Positions 36,449-47,229 of a stretch of 64,000 nt of DNA are shown one piece after another (position 1 is the first letter of the stretch; each line of letters starts with the position of its first letter). The stretch is from contig CALUZV010000011.1 in assembly GCA_944325345.1 (NCBI GenBank), forward strand, positions 24,920-88,919, read 5' to 3'. The DNA is from an uncultured Parabacteroides sp. GTDB lineage: Bacteria > Bacteroidota > Bacteroidia > Bacteroidales > Tannerellaceae. Under the pieces are notes generated by a model. The model did not search any database and was not told where the DNA came from. It saw nothing but the letters and a program-made list of their open reading frames with translations. Position numbers and translations under genes: made by a program.

Positions 36449-38197
36449 TTAGATACCCAGCGAAGCCTTGATCGCCTCGATTTTCTCGGCAGCAGCCTTT
36501 TCGGCAGCCGGGATTTCATCGACGCTGTCAATCTTGGAGTGAACCTCGCAGTAGAACTTAATCTTAGGCTCGGTACCCGACGGGCGGATAGAGACTTTCG
36601 TCTTGTCTTCCGTGAAGTACTGGATGACGTTGGACGTAGTCGGCATGTCGAGCGTCAGCGTTTCGTTTTCCACGTAGTCCTTGCCCTTCAGCGTAGCGTA
36701 GTCGTACATGTAAGTTACCTTCGAGCCGGCGATTTCCGTCAACGGGTTTTCGCGGTAGTGCTTCATCATCGCCTCGATTTCCTCGGCGCCGCTCTTGCCC
36801 TTCTTTACGACAGAGATACCTTTTTCTTTCGAGAAACCATATTCGACGTAAATCTTCTGGAGCAATTGGAATACCGTGATGCCCTGGTCTTTTGCCCAAG
36901 CTGCGATTTCAGCCAAGATAGCGCAGGCCGAAACGGCGTCTTTGTCGCGAACGAAGTCTTCGCACAGGAAGCCGTAGCTTTCCTCGCCGCCGCCGATGTA
37001 GCTCTTCTTGCCTTCGTTTTCACGCATGACGTTGGCAATCCATTTGAAGCCCGTGTAAACGTCGTAGATTTCCACACCATTCTTTTCGGCGATGGTGCGG
37101 AGCGTTTCCGTCGTAACAATTGTCTTCACGATGTATTCCTTGCCGTTCAGCTTGCCCAGCTCTTTCCAGCGGGTAATCAGGTAGTAAGTGAAGAGGAGCG
37201 CATTCTGGTTGCCGTTGAGGAGCACCCATTCGCCCTTGTCGTTCTTCACGGCGCAGCCCATGCGGTCGCCGTCGGGGTCAGAAGCCATTACGAGGTCGGC
37301 ATCCACTTCCTTGGCTTTTTCTACAGCCATCGAGAGGGCAGCCGGTTCCTCGGGATTCGGGGAAACTACCGTCGGGAAGTCGCCGCTTACGACGTCTTGC
37401 TCCGGTACGTGGATAATGTTCGTGAAGCCGAAAGCAGCCAATGTGCGCGGAACAATCATGACGCCCGTCCCGTGAATCGGGGTATAGACAATCTTCATGT
37501 CGTGGTGGCGAGCGATAGCCTCCGGAGAGAGGGAAATCTTCGTCAAGTCTGCTACATACTGCTTGTCGATTTCTTCGCCGATGGTTTCAATGAGAGCAGG
37601 GTTGCCTTCGAACTTGATGTCGGCGGCACTGCGTACTTTGTTTACTTCGGCGATTGTGTTCTTGTCGTGCGGGGCAATCATCTGTGCGCCGTCGCTCCAG
37701 TAAGCCTTGTATCCGTTGTATTCCTTCGGGTTGTGCGAAGCCGTCAGGATGATACCGCTTTGGCATCCCAGTTTGCGGATAGCGTAAGACATTTCGGGAG
37801 TCGGGCGGAGGCTTTCGAAGATATAAACTTTGATGCCGTTAGCCGAGAAGATATTGGCCGAGATTTCGGCAAACTTGCGGCTGTTGTTGCGGCAATCGTG
37901 CCCGATGACCACCTTGATTTCGTCGAGGTCGTCAAATTCTTTCTTCAGGTAGTTGGACAAGCCCTGGGTGGCAGCACCCACGGTGTAAATGTTCATGCGG
38001 TTGGAGCCGACGCCCATGATGCCACGCAAGCCGCCCGTACCGAATTCCAGATCCTTGTAGAAGCATTCAATCAGCTCCGTCGGGTCTTCGTTGTTGAGCA
38101 GTGCTTGGACTTGTGCGCGGGTTTCCGCATCGTAACTGTCGGTAAGCCATCCTTGTGCCTTACTTCTTACCATTGCTAAAAGTTCGTTGTTTTCCAT
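36449..38197 (-). CDS. Phosphoglucomutase/phosphomannomutase (alpha-D-phosphohexomutase superfamily)
   Basis: 'TASHNP' phosphoserine loop, 'DPDGDR' metal loop, 'GEESYG' sugar loop; 582 aa. Confidence 0.88.
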   Translation of the reverse strand: MENNELLAMVRSKAQGWLTDSYDAETRAQVQALLNNEDPTELIECFYKDLEFGTGGLRGIMGVGSNRMNIYTVGAATQGLSNYLKKEFDDLDEIKVVIGHDCRNNSRKFAEISANIFSANGIKVYIFESLRPTPEMSYAIRKLGCQSGIILTASHNPKEYNGYKAYWSDGAQMIAPHDKNTIAEVNKVRSAADIKFEGNPALIETIGEEIDKQYVADLTKISLSPEAIARHHDMKIVYTPIHGTGVMIVPRTLAAFGFTNIIHVPEQDVVSGDFPTVVSPNPEEPAALSMAVEKAKEVDADLVMASDPDGDRMGCAVKNDKGEWVLLNGNQNALLFTYYLITRWKELGKLNGKEYIVKTIVTTETLRTIAEKNGVEIYDVYTGFKWIANVMRENEGKKSYIGGGEESYGFLCEDFVRDKDAVSACAILAEIAAWAKDQGITVFQLLQKIYVEYGFSKEKGISVVKKGKSGAEEIEAMMKHYRENPLTEIAGSKVTYMYDYATLKGKDYVENETLTLDMPTTSNVIQYFTEDKTKVSIRPSGTEPKIKFYCEVHSKIDSVDEIPAAEKAAAEKIEAIKASLGI

Positions 38198-38283
38198 GTC
38201 TTTTTATTTTGTGTTTTATGTTGAATGGATTATTCCGGATTAACGGAAACAAATATACGAATTGTCCGAAAGATAAAACCCTT

Positions 38284-40047
38284 TTATTGCTTTTTTTTCT
38301 TCTTCGGGGTCGATTTTCCTGTTTTTTCGCCCGAAAGGAAGGTCGAAACGTAGGTAGATTGGTTGCCGCAGGCGTCTGTCGCCGTTATTTTGAGGGTATG
38401 CTTCCCCGGGGCGAGGCGTTCGGCATCGAAGCGGTAGGTGATGACCGAACGACTGTTCATCTCGAAGAGCGCATACTTCCCGTCGATCTCCCCGCGATAA
38501 GTTTCCACACCGCTGAGGTCGTCGGAGAGGCGGAGCGAGATGCGCCGCTTCTGCCCCCACGTCGAAGGCTGGAGCGGGGTGATGGTTGGCTCCTTCGTAT
38601 CTTGCCGGACGGTGTATGCCCCCAGCTCGCGGATGTCGCCATCGACCCAGCCGTTGCGGTACTTGCCGCCGACCCAGCTGGCTTTCCCCCGTTTCCATTG
38701 GATGATACCGTACTGCCGTTTATTCGCCAACGTATCAAGCGTCGGGTTGAGGCGGATAGATAACCGGGCATTCTTATGGAGAGGCACTGGCTCGTCATTC
38801 AGATAATGCGTATCGGCCAATAAGGTAGAATCCCGCCGGACGGAATATTTCATGTAGAAGTTGCGGTAGAGGTTTCCCCGCGGTATCGTAAGTCGCACGC
38901 CCTTGGCACCGAAGCGGTTCGTCTGGCTCCAGTACATCAGCTCTTTGCCCTCGGTATCGACCGCCGGGATGTCCTGCTGCTTGCCTCGGACAGGGATAGT
39001 CAGTTTCGTCGTATTGCCAAACGCATCTTTCAGCGTATAAGTAAACTCGTAAGTCCGTTCCTCATTGATATTCACGATACCCCGGTTCTTGGCCGCGAGG
39101 AAGCTGAGGCGGTTACCCGGCTCGATGAAACTCTTGATATAGAACGAGCGTTTCGTCTGCCACAGCGCGTAGTCCGTCAAGCTGTTCAGATAGCGCGTCT
39201 CGCTGAAGGCAAAGCGTCCGATGTCGCTCCGGAATATCTCTTTCCCATCGACGGCAAGCGTTATCAGTCTGACGCCGTAGATATTGCTCGTCCCGTCCAT
39301 ATAGTCGTAGCATTTCACCCCAAAGCCGATTTCGCCCCAAGCCTCAATGGGAGCAGCCGTCTGTTCCCCGCCTTTCTGAGCCAGCAGTTTGACGTTCTGC
39401 TTTTTCGGCGAGCCATTGACGACGCCTGCCCCTTCCATCGGGTAGGCCATCACACCGAGGATGCGCGGCGCGGTCTTGTCCTTGATGCCCCCTTTAAAAT
39501 AAGGAATAGGGTCGAGGATGTCCTCGGTTCGCGTGTCGCGCACCTCGAAATGCAGGTGCGGTCCGCCGGAGCTGCCCGTGTTTCCGCTCCACGCCACCAC
39601 CTCGCCCTGCTTGACGGGGAACTTCTCGGCCGGGGGAAAGAGGTTCAGCGCGAACTTCTCTTCGGCATATTGCTGGGCTTTCACGTATTCGGCTATCGCC
39701 TTGGAAAAGCGCTGGAGGTGGGCATAGACGGTCGTCGTCCCGTCAGGATGCGTGATGTAGAGGCAGTTTCCATATCCCCAGGGACTGACGGCGATGCGCG
39801 AGACGTAGCCGTCCTTGACGACGTGGATAGCCTTTCCCTCGGCCCCCTGTGTCTTGAAGTCGATTCCCGAATGGAAATGGTTCGCGCGTAGTTCCCCGAA
39901 GTTCCCGCTCAGCAGGATGGGGAAGTCGAAAGGATTCGGCAGTTCCTGCGGCTCGGCGATATGTTGGTTGCGGATATCCTGCGGCTCGTTCTGGCTGTAG
40001 GCACAGAGCGAAAGGAGCAGGGCGGCAACGGTCAGTTTCAATTTCAT
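38284..40047 (-). CDS. M23-family metallopeptidase (secreted, long C-terminal extension)
   Basis: 'HSGIDF' and 'GPHLHFEV'. I chose the start at MKLKLTVAALLL (ATG 40047). Confidence 0.8.
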   Translation of the reverse strand: MKLKLTVAALLLSLCAYSQNEPQDIRNQHIAEPQELPNPFDFPILLSGNFGELRANHFHSGIDFKTQGAEGKAIHVVKDGYVSRIAVSPWGYGNCLYITHPDGTTTVYAHLQRFSKAIAEYVKAQQYAEEKFALNLFPPAEKFPVKQGEVVAWSGNTGSSGGPHLHFEVRDTRTEDILDPIPYFKGGIKDKTAPRILGVMAYPMEGAGVVNGSPKKQNVKLLAQKGGEQTAAPIEAWGEIGFGVKCYDYMDGTSNIYGVRLITLAVDGKEIFRSDIGRFAFSETRYLNSLTDYALWQTKRSFYIKSFIEPGNRLSFLAAKNRGIVNINEERTYEFTYTLKDAFGNTTKLTIPVRGKQQDIPAVDTEGKELMYWSQTNRFGAKGVRLTIPRGNLYRNFYMKYSVRRDSTLLADTHYLNDEPVPLHKNARLSIRLNPTLDTLANKRQYGIIQWKRGKASWVGGKYRNGWVDGDIRELGAYTVRQDTKEPTITPLQPSTWGQKRRISLRLSDDLSGVETYRGEIDGKYALFEMNSRSVITYRFDAERLAPGKHTLKITATDACGNQSTYVSTFLSGEKTGKSTPKKKKKQ

Positions 40048-40074
40048 CCTATACATTATATTATATATACGCGG

Positions 40075-40082
40075 CAAAGGTA
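40075..40082 (-). promoter_or_regulatory. -7 box (TACCTTTG)
   Basis: 28 nt upstream of the 40047 start. Confidence 0.45.
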
Positions 40083-40092
40083 CGATTTCCTT

Positions 40093-40258
40093 CCGAGAGA
40101 AACTTCGCTCGGTCCCGGGAAAACTTCGTTTAGTCCGAGGAAAACTTTCCTTCCCCGGGAGGGAAACTTAAAACCAAGCTTTAGTTTTCAAAAACTGAAC
40201 TTTTGTTTTTATAAACTAAGACTTGGTTTTTAAAAACTAAAGTTTGGTTTTAAGAATA
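40093..40258. repeat. Mini-hairpin array with a period of about 21 bp (GAAAACTT words, then AAAAC-N9-GTTTT units)
   Basis: AAACTT occurs at 40100/40121/40142/40164 and GTTTT at 40185/40205/40226/40247. Confidence 0.7.
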
Positions 40259-40361
40259 AGTCCTGACCAATTCAAGTATTCCTCGGACGTATTGAAGTAT
40301 TCTTCCGACCTTTTTCTCTTTTTTACGGGACAATTCACCAAAGAATCCGGATTAAATCCTT

Positions 40362-40369
40362 TATATTTG
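40362..40369 (+). promoter_or_regulatory. -7 box (TATATTTG)
   Basis: 27 nt upstream of the 40396 start. Confidence 0.45.
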
Positions 40370-40395
40370 CACATTAGACTTTTAAATATCCGAAT

Positions 40396-41304
40396 ATGAA
40401 AGCATTTTTCCGTCTGTTTATGTTCATCGCAGCCTTGGTTTGGTGCGCAGATACGCACGCCGAGAGCCAGAAGAAGATGACTTCCTATCAGAAATATATC
40501 AAGGAATACAAGGATTTAGCTATCGATCACATGCATCGCTACAAGATACCGGCGAGCATCACGCTGGCACAGGGCCTGCTCGAATCCGGCGCGGGGCGGA
40601 GCGAATTGGCGCGCAAGTCGAACAATCATTTCGGCATCAAGTGCCATAGCGACTGGAAGGGGAAGAAAGTCTATCATGACGATGACCGACGGGGCGAGTG
40701 CTTCCGCAAGTACAAGCGTGTGGCGGATTCCTACGAAGACCATTCGAAGTTCCTCCTCCGTCCGCGTTACTCCAGTCTTTTTCGTCTCAATATCCGTAAT
40801 TACAAGAAGTGGGCGAAGGGCTTGCAGAAGTGTGGCTACGCGACAGACCGCTCGTATGCCAACAAACTGATAAAGATAATCGAAGACTACGAACTGTATG
40901 AATATGACACGGTGAAGAAAGGGCGGCGGGAACGCGAGAAGGAAGCCGAAGTCTTGCCCGTCCTGAAGCGCGAAGTCTTCCTGGCCAACGGCTTGCTCTA
41001 TATCCATGCCACCGACGACGATACCTTCGAGAAGATAGCCCACGACACGGGCTTCAAGGCGAAGCATCTCCTGAAATACAACGAAGTGCCCGACGACTAC
41101 CCGCTCCAGCAAGGCGATATCGTCTATCTGGAAAAGAAGAAGAAGAAAGCCGACAAGCCGAACTACGAGCATGTGGTCGAGGTGGGCGAGTCGATGTATA
41201 GCATCTCCCAGCAGTACGGCATCCAGGTAAAAAGCCTCTACAAACTGAACAAAAAGGACGAGGATTATGTTCCCGAAGAAGGCGAAGTGCTGAGGTTGAG
41301 ATGA
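40396..41304 (+). CDS. Peptidoglycan hydrolase: N-acetylglucosaminidase (GH73) domain plus C-terminal LysM
   Basis: 'ITLAQGLLESGAG...NNHFGIK' is GH73-like. LysM: 'HVVEVGESMYSISQQYGIQVKSLYKLN'. Confidence 0.8.
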   Translation: MKAFFRLFMFIAALVWCADTHAESQKKMTSYQKYIKEYKDLAIDHMHRYKIPASITLAQGLLESGAGRSELARKSNNHFGIKCHSDWKGKKVYHDDDRRGECFRKYKRVADSYEDHSKFLLRPRYSSLFRLNIRNYKKWAKGLQKCGYATDRSYANKLIKIIEDYELYEYDTVKKGRREREKEAEVLPVLKREVFLANGLLYIHATDDDTFEKIAHDTGFKAKHLLKYNEVPDDYPLQQGDIVYLEKKKKKADKPNYEHVVEVGESMYSISQQYGIQVKSLYKLNKKDEDYVPEEGEVLRLR

Positions 41305-41331
41305 AACTTTGCTAAACTTGTAGAAATATAA

Positions 41332-41339
41332 TATCTTTG
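41332..41339 (+). promoter_or_regulatory. -7 box (TATCTTTG)
   Basis: 20 nt upstream of the 41359 start. Confidence 0.45.
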
Positions 41340-41358
41340 CAGCCAAATATTAATAGAA

Positions 41359-42528
41359 ATGAGCGATCAACGTTACAACCTGCGCGGAGTTTCCGCATCG
41401 AAGGAAGATGTTCACAATGCAATCAAGAACATCGACAAGGGTATATTCCCGAAAGCATTCTGTAAAATCATCCCGGATATATTGGGGGGCGACCCTGAGT
41501 ATTGCAACATTATGCACGCTGATGGGGCAGGGACGAAGTCTTCTTTGGCCTACCTCTATTGGAAAGAGACGGGCGACCTCTCGGTCTGGAAGGGCATTGC
41601 CCAGGATGCTTTGATTATGAACATCGACGACTTGCTTTGTGTCGGCGCAGTGGATAATATATTGGTATCTTCGACCATCGGACGAAACAAACTGCTTGTC
41701 CCCGGCGAAGTCATCTCGGCTATCATCAATGGGACGGACGAGCTGCTTGCCGAGCTGCGCGGAATGGGTGTAGGTGTCTATGCTACCGGCGGCGAGACGG
41801 CCGACGTGGGCGACTTGGTGCGGACTATCATCGTGGATAGCACCGTAACGTGCCGCATGAAGCGGAGCGACGTCATCGACAATGCGAATATCCGTCCGGG
41901 TGATGTCATCGTCGGCTTGGCATCCTTTGGGCAGGCGACATACGAGAGAGAATACAACGGCGGTATGGGTAGCAACGGCTTGACGAGTGCCCGCCACGAT
42001 GTCTTTGCTAAATACCTCGCCGAGAAATATCCGGAAAGCTATGATGCCGCCGTACCCGAGGACTTGGTTTATTCCGGCAAGCTGAAGCTGACCGATGCCG
42101 TGGGAGGCTCCCCATTGAACGCCGGTAAACTGGTACTTTCCCCGACGCGAACATACGCCCCGGTCGTTAAAAAACTATTAGATGCGCTGCGCCCTGAGAT
42201 ACATGGCATGGTGCATTGCTCTGGTGGGGCACAGACGAAGGTGCTGCATTTCGTAGGCGATAATTGCCGGGTGGTGAAGGATAATCTCTTCCCTGTTCCT
42301 CCCTTGTTCCGTACGATTCGCGAGCAGAGCGGGACGGATTGGTCGGAGATGTATAAAGTCTTCAATATGGGACACCGCTTGGAGGTCTATCTTTCGCCGG
42401 AACATGCTGAGGAAGTTATTGCTATTTCCAAGTCCTTTAATATCGATGCCCGCATCATCGGACGTATCGAAGCCAGCGAGAAGAAGGAACTTATCATCCG
42501 TTCGGAGTTCGGTGAATTTACCTATTAA
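41359..42528 (+). CDS. purM: AIR-synthase-family protein (Bacteroidota-type phosphoribosylformylglycinamidine cyclo-ligase, PurM-like)
   Basis: 389 aa. 'HADGAGTKS' and 'GGETAD' are PurM-superfamily motifs. The N-terminus is divergent compared with E. coli PurM. Confidence 0.7.
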   Translation: MSDQRYNLRGVSASKEDVHNAIKNIDKGIFPKAFCKIIPDILGGDPEYCNIMHADGAGTKSSLAYLYWKETGDLSVWKGIAQDALIMNIDDLLCVGAVDNILVSSTIGRNKLLVPGEVISAIINGTDELLAELRGMGVGVYATGGETADVGDLVRTIIVDSTVTCRMKRSDVIDNANIRPGDVIVGLASFGQATYEREYNGGMGSNGLTSARHDVFAKYLAEKYPESYDAAVPEDLVYSGKLKLTDAVGGSPLNAGKLVLSPTRTYAPVVKKLLDALRPEIHGMVHCSGGAQTKVLHFVGDNCRVVKDNLFPVPPLFRTIREQSGTDWSEMYKVFNMGHRLEVYLSPEHAEEVIAISKSFNIDARIIGRIEASEKKELIIRSEFGEFTY

Positions 42529-42539
42529 ACCGTTTGGAG

Positions 42540-43649
42540 ATGGCAGGAAACAAGACAATCTTGGAAAAGTTAGACGGGCTGATGGCTCGCTTCGAGGAGG
42601 TTTCAACCCTGATTACCGACCCGAACGTCATTGCCGACCAGCGCCGCTACGTCAAGCTCACCAAAGAATATAAAGAACTGAACGAGCTGATGAAGGCTCG
42701 CAAAGAATATGTGCAGACCCTCGCCGGCTTGGAGGAGGCGCATCAGATGATGTCTGAGAGCGACCCCGAAATGAAAGAAATGGCTCGCGAGGAAGCCGCC
42801 GCTTGCGAGGCTCGCATCCCCGAACTGGAGGAACAAATCAAGCTTCTCCTTGTTCCTGCCGATCCGCAGGACGACCGCAACGCTATCCTCGAAATCCGTG
42901 GAGGAACGGGGGGAGATGAGGCGGCTATCTTTGCCGGCGACCTCTTCCGTATGTATTCCAAGTATTGTGAATCGAAAGGCTGGCGGATGGAAATCTCCAG
43001 CTTTACCGAAGGGGCGTCGGGTGGTTATAAGGAAATCATCTGTTCGGTCAGCGGGGAAAAGGTCTATGGTACGCTGAAGTATGAGTCCGGTGTGCACCGT
43101 GTCCAGCGTGTCCCGGCGACAGAGACACAGGGGCGTGTCCATACCTCGGCGGCATCCGTAGCGGTCTTGCCCGAAGCTGAACCTTTCGACGTGGAAATCA
43201 ATGAAGGAGAAATCAAATGGGATACTTTCCGAAGCGGTGGCGCGGGTGGCCAAAATGTCAATAAGGTCGAATCCGGTGTCCGCCTGCGTTATAATTGGAA
43301 GAACCCCAATACCGGAGAAGTGGAGGAAATCCTCATCGAATGTACCGAGACGCGCGACCAGCCCAAGAACAAGGAGCGTGCCCTCTCTCGTCTCCGTACT
43401 TTCATCTACGATAAAGAACATCAGAAATATATCGATGATATCGCCAGCAAGCGTAAGACGATGGTTAGCACCGGCGACCGTTCGGCAAAAATCCGGACGT
43501 ACAACTATCCGCAGGGACGCATCACCGACCATCGTATCAACTACACTATCTATAATCTCGCTGCCTTCATGGATGGCGACATCCAGGATTGCATCGACCA
43601 TTTGATTGTGGCGGAGAATGCGGAAAGGCTGAAGGAATCGGAATTATAA
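42540..43649 (+). CDS. prfA: Peptide chain release factor 1
   Basis: '[13 protein letters not shown]' (GGQ) and the RF1-type 'PAT' tripeptide ('RVPATE'). I chose ATG 42540; the track start at 42534 is a TTG. Confidence 0.93.
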   Translation: MAGNKTILEKLDGLMARFEEVSTLITDPNVIADQRRYVKLTKEYKELNELMKARKEYVQTLAGLEEAHQMMSESDPEMKEMAREEAAACEARIPELEEQIKLLLVPADPQDDRNAILEIRGGTGGDEAAIFAGDLFRMYSKYCESKGWRMEISSFTEGASGGYKEIICSVSGEKVYGTLKYESGVHRVQRVPATETQGRVHTSAASVAVLPEAEPFDVEINEGEIKWDTFRSGGAGGQNVNKVESGVRLRYNWKNPNTGEVEEILIECTETRDQPKNKERALSRLRTFIYDKEHQKYIDDIASKRKTMVSTGDRSAKIRTYNYPQGRITDHRINYTIYNLAAFMDGDIQDCIDHLIVAENAERLKESEL

Positions 43650-43675
43650 ATCATTTAAAAACAACGAAAGACATT

Positions 43676-44506
43676 ATGAACAAACAGCAACTCATCGAGA
43701 ATATCCGGAGGAAGCAATCTTTCCTCTGCGTCGGTCTGGATACGGACATCAAGAAGATTCCGCAACACCTCTTGCAGGAGGAAGACCCTATCTTCGCTTT
43801 CAACCAAGCGATTATCGAAGCTACTGCTCCCTATTGCGTGGCCTATAAGCCGAACATGGCATTCTACGAATCGCTCGGCGTGCAAGGCATCATGGCCTTC
43901 GAGAAGACGGTGAAGTACCTTCGTGAGCATCATCCCGACCAGTTTATCATTGCCGACGCGAAACGTGGCGACATTGGCAATACGTCGGAGATGTACGCCC
44001 GCTCGTTCTTCGACCACATCAAGGTGGATGCCGTTACCGTCGCTCCCTATATGGGCGAGGACAGCGTGAAGCCTTTCCTCCTCTATCCCGAGGCATGGGT
44101 TATCCTTTTGGCACTCACATCGAACAAGGGTTCGCATGACTTCCAACTGACGGAAGATGCCCAAGGCGAACGCCTCTTTGAAAAGGTTTTGCGGAAGTCG
44201 CAAGAGTGGGCTACGGACGAACAGATGATGTACGTCGTCGGTGCCACGCAGGGCAGTATGTTCCTCGACATCCGTCGCCATGCGCCGCATCATTTCCTCC
44301 TCGTGCCGGGTGTCGGTGCACAGGGCGGTAGTCTGGCTGAGGTAGCCAAGTATGGTATGAACGACGAGTGCGGCCTCTTGGTCAATTCCTCGCGTGCCAT
44401 CATCTATGCCGACAAGTCGGAGCGGTTTGCCGAGACTGCCGGTGAAGCTGCCAAGGCGGTACAAGAGGAGATGGCCGGATATTTAAAAGAAAAGGGATTG
44501 ATTTGA
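43676..44506 (+). CDS. pyrF: Orotidine 5'-phosphate decarboxylase (type 2)
   Basis: 'LCVGLDTD' and '[10 protein letters not shown]'. I chose the start at MNKQQLI (ATG 43676). Confidence 0.9.
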   Translation: MNKQQLIENIRRKQSFLCVGLDTDIKKIPQHLLQEEDPIFAFNQAIIEATAPYCVAYKPNMAFYESLGVQGIMAFEKTVKYLREHHPDQFIIADAKRGDIGNTSEMYARSFFDHIKVDAVTVAPYMGEDSVKPFLLYPEAWVILLALTSNKGSHDFQLTEDAQGERLFEKVLRKSQEWATDEQMMYVVGATQGSMFLDIRRHAPHHFLLVPGVGAQGGSLAEVAKYGMNDECGLLVNSSRAIIYADKSERFAETAGEAAKAVQEEMAGYLKEKGLI

Positions 44507-44542
44507 GAGAATTGAATTCGGAAAAAAGAAGAATGGGATGAG

Positions 44543-44733
44543 CCGCCCTCTCGGGCGGAGACGATCCGCCCTATAAGGCGGCAGTGTCCCGCCCAGTAAG
44601 GCGGCGATGAACCGCCCGAGAGGGCGGAGGTGTTCCGCCCGATAAGGCGGTAGTGTCCCGCCCAGTAAGGCGGCGATGAACCGCCCGAGAGGGCGGAGGT
44701 GTTCCGCCCGATAAGGCGGTAGTGTCCCGCCGT
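44543..44733. repeat. Nine CCGCCC-loop-GGCGG hairpins on a 23-bp period (69-bp super-period of three loop variants)
   Basis: CCGCCC occurs at 44543/44566/44589/44612/44635/44658/44681/44704/44727. The loops cycle GAGA(G), (G/T)ATAA, AGTAA. The last hairpin is followed by a T-run. Confidence 0.9.
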
Positions 44734-44781
44734 CTTTTTTTCAAGAAAAAGAACAGTGAATACATATAATAATATATAGTA

Positions 44782-45822
44782 ATGGAGTTTTCAGCTCAAC
44801 AAATTGCTGCCTTTTTGAAGGGAACTGTCGTAGGGGACCCGGAGGTGAAAGTAAGCAACTTTTCTAAAATAGAAGAAGGGAAACCGGGGACGTTGACGTT
44901 CTTGGCGAATCCGAAGTATGAACATTATATCTACGGTACGAAGGCAAGTATTGTTTTGGTGAACAACGACTTTACTCCTTCCGAACCTGTTGAGGCGACG
45001 CTGGTGAAAGTCGAGAATGCATACGCCTCGCTCGCTCTCTTGCTCGACGTAGCCGAGCAGACGAAGCAAAGGAAGGAAGGCATCGCGTCGTCGGCCTATA
45101 TCAGTGCGTCGGCTTCGGTAGGCGAGGGATGCTACGTGGGAGCATTTGCTTATATCGGCGACGGCACGAAGGTGGGGCAGAATTGCCGCATCTATCCTCA
45201 TGCATATATCGGCGACCATGTAACGATAGGGGATAATACGACGGTCTATCCGCACGCGACTATCTATACAGGCTGCGTTGTCGGGAGTAATTGTATCCTG
45301 CATGCCGGTTCGGTCGTGGGGGCTGATGGTTTCGGCTTTGCCCCTGAAGGCGAAGAGTATAAGAAGATACCGCAGATAGGAAATGTGGTGATTGAGGATA
45401 ATGTAGAGATAGGTGCCAATACGACAATCGACCGTGCGGTCATGGATTCGACCATCCTCCGCCGGGGCGTGAAGTTGGACAATCTGGTGCAGATAGCCCA
45501 CAACGTCGAGGTCGGGGAAAATACCGTGATGGCAGCCCAGGTAGGCATCGCCGGTTCGACGAAGATAGGCAAACATTGTATGTTCGGCGGACAAGTAGGG
45601 TTGGCTGGGCATATCAAGATAGCAGACCACGTGAATTTCGGGGCGCAGTCGGGTGTTATCAGCGACATCAAAGAGCCGACGACTGTCCTTGGCGCACCGG
45701 CTATCCAAGCGCGGAACTTCATGCGTTCGAGTGCCATCTTCAACAAGCTGCCGGAGATGTACCGTACACTCGGGCAGTTGCAACGCGAGATAGAAGAACT
45801 GAAGAAACAATTAAATAAATAA
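44782..45822 (+). CDS. lpxD: UDP-3-O-acylglucosamine N-acyltransferase
   Basis: 346 aa. Left-handed beta-helix hexapeptide repeats with an LpxD-type N-terminus. Confidence 0.92.
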   Translation: MEFSAQQIAAFLKGTVVGDPEVKVSNFSKIEEGKPGTLTFLANPKYEHYIYGTKASIVLVNNDFTPSEPVEATLVKVENAYASLALLLDVAEQTKQRKEGIASSAYISASASVGEGCYVGAFAYIGDGTKVGQNCRIYPHAYIGDHVTIGDNTTVYPHATIYTGCVVGSNCILHAGSVVGADGFGFAPEGEEYKKIPQIGNVVIEDNVEIGANTTIDRAVMDSTILRRGVKLDNLVQIAHNVEVGENTVMAAQVGIAGSTKIGKHCMFGGQVGLAGHIKIADHVNFGAQSGVISDIKEPTTVLGAPAIQARNFMRSSAIFNKLPEMYRTLGQLQREIEELKKQLNK

Positions 45823-45831
45823 TATACGATT

Positions 45832-47214
45832 ATGCAGAAACAGAATACGCTTGCCGGTAGCTTTACCTTGGAAGGGAAAGGCTTGCATACGGGGTTGGAT
45901 ATTCAGATAACCTTCAATCCTGCGCCGGAGAATCATGGATACAAGATTAAACGTACCGACTTGGAAGGACAGCCTGTCCTCGATGCCCTTGCCGAGAACG
46001 TGGAGACGACCCAGCGGGGTACGGTCATCTCGAAGAATGGGGTGAAAGTCGGAACGGTGGAACACGCGATGGCTGCACTCTATGCCTTGGGCGTGGATAA
46101 CTGTCTGATTGAGGTCAATGCCCCGGAATTTCCCATCCTCGACGGTAGTGCCCGTTATTATGTCGAGAATATCCAGCGGGTAGGCTTGACGGAGCAGAAC
46201 GCATATCGAGATTACTACATCGTGAAGCACAAGATTGAAGTGAAGGACGAAAGCGGTGCCTCGCTTATGCTCCTGCCGGATGATAATTTCAGTGCGAATG
46301 TCCTCGTATCCTACGATTCGCCGGTACTCTCCAACCAATATGCGACGATGAACGACCTGAGTGAGTTCCCGACGGAGATAGCTGCATCACGCACTTTCGT
46401 CTTTGTCCGTGAGGTAGAAGCGTTACTTCAGAACAACCTGATTAAGGGCGGAGACTTAGACAATGCTATTGTTATCTACGACCAGAAGATTTCGCAAGAG
46501 TCGCTCGATAAATTGGCAGATATGATGGGCTTGCCGCACAAGAACGTGCAGGATCTCGGCTATATCAACAATAAACCTCTTGTATTTGACAACGAGCCGG
46601 CTCGCCACAAACTCCTCGACGTGATAGGCGACCTTGCTTTGATTGGCAAACCTATCCGTGGCCGTATCATCGCTACCCATCCCGGTCATGGTATCAACAA
46701 CAAGCTGGCACGGGTAATCCGCAAGGATATCCGTTTGAACGATGTGCAGGCTCCGGTTTACGATCCGAATGCTACGCCGGTCATGGATATCAACCGCATC
46801 CGCGAGTTGTTGCCCCATCGTTATCCCTTCCTTTTGGTGGACAAGATTATCGAAATCGGTCAGACACATATCGTCGGCGTGAAGAATATCTCGGTGAATG
46901 AGCCTTTCTTCCAAGGACATTTCCCCGAAGAGCCGGTGATGCCGGGTGTCTTGCAGATAGAGGCTATGGCGCAGACAGGAGGTTTGCTGGTCTTGAATAC
47001 CGTGGACGAGCCGGAGCGTTATTCAACGTATTTCATGAAGATAGACGGGGTGAAGTTCCGCCAGAAAGTAGTTCCGGGGGATACCTTGATTCTGCGTCTT
47101 GAGTTGTTAGCTCCTATCCGTCGTGGCATTTCGACGATGAAAGGGTATGTCTTCGTCGGGGATAAGCTGGTGAGTGAAGCAGAGTTTATGGCGCAGATTA
47201 TTAAGAATAAATAA
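45832..47214 (+). CDS. lpxC-fabZ: Bifunctional UDP-3-O-acyl-GlcNAc deacetylase / 3-hydroxyacyl-ACP dehydratase
   Basis: The N-terminal LpxC domain ('GLHTG', 'HEPARHK-like') is fused to FabZ ('LPHRYPFLLVD...FFQGHFP'). This fusion is characteristic of Bacteroidota. Confidence 0.93.
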   Translation: MQKQNTLAGSFTLEGKGLHTGLDIQITFNPAPENHGYKIKRTDLEGQPVLDALAENVETTQRGTVISKNGVKVGTVEHAMAALYALGVDNCLIEVNAPEFPILDGSARYYVENIQRVGLTEQNAYRDYYIVKHKIEVKDESGASLMLLPDDNFSANVLVSYDSPVLSNQYATMNDLSEFPTEIAASRTFVFVREVEALLQNNLIKGGDLDNAIVIYDQKISQESLDKLADMMGLPHKNVQDLGYINNKPLVFDNEPARHKLLDVIGDLALIGKPIRGRIIATHPGHGINNKLARVIRKDIRLNDVQAPVYDPNATPVMDINRIRELLPHRYPFLLVDKIIEIGQTHIVGVKNISVNEPFFQGHFPEEPVMPGVLQIEAMAQTGGLLVLNTVDEPERYSTYFMKIDGVKFRQKVVPGDTLILRLELLAPIRRGISTMKGYVFVGDKLVSEAEFMAQIIKNK

Positions 47215-47229
47215 ACGAAAGGAACAGAC

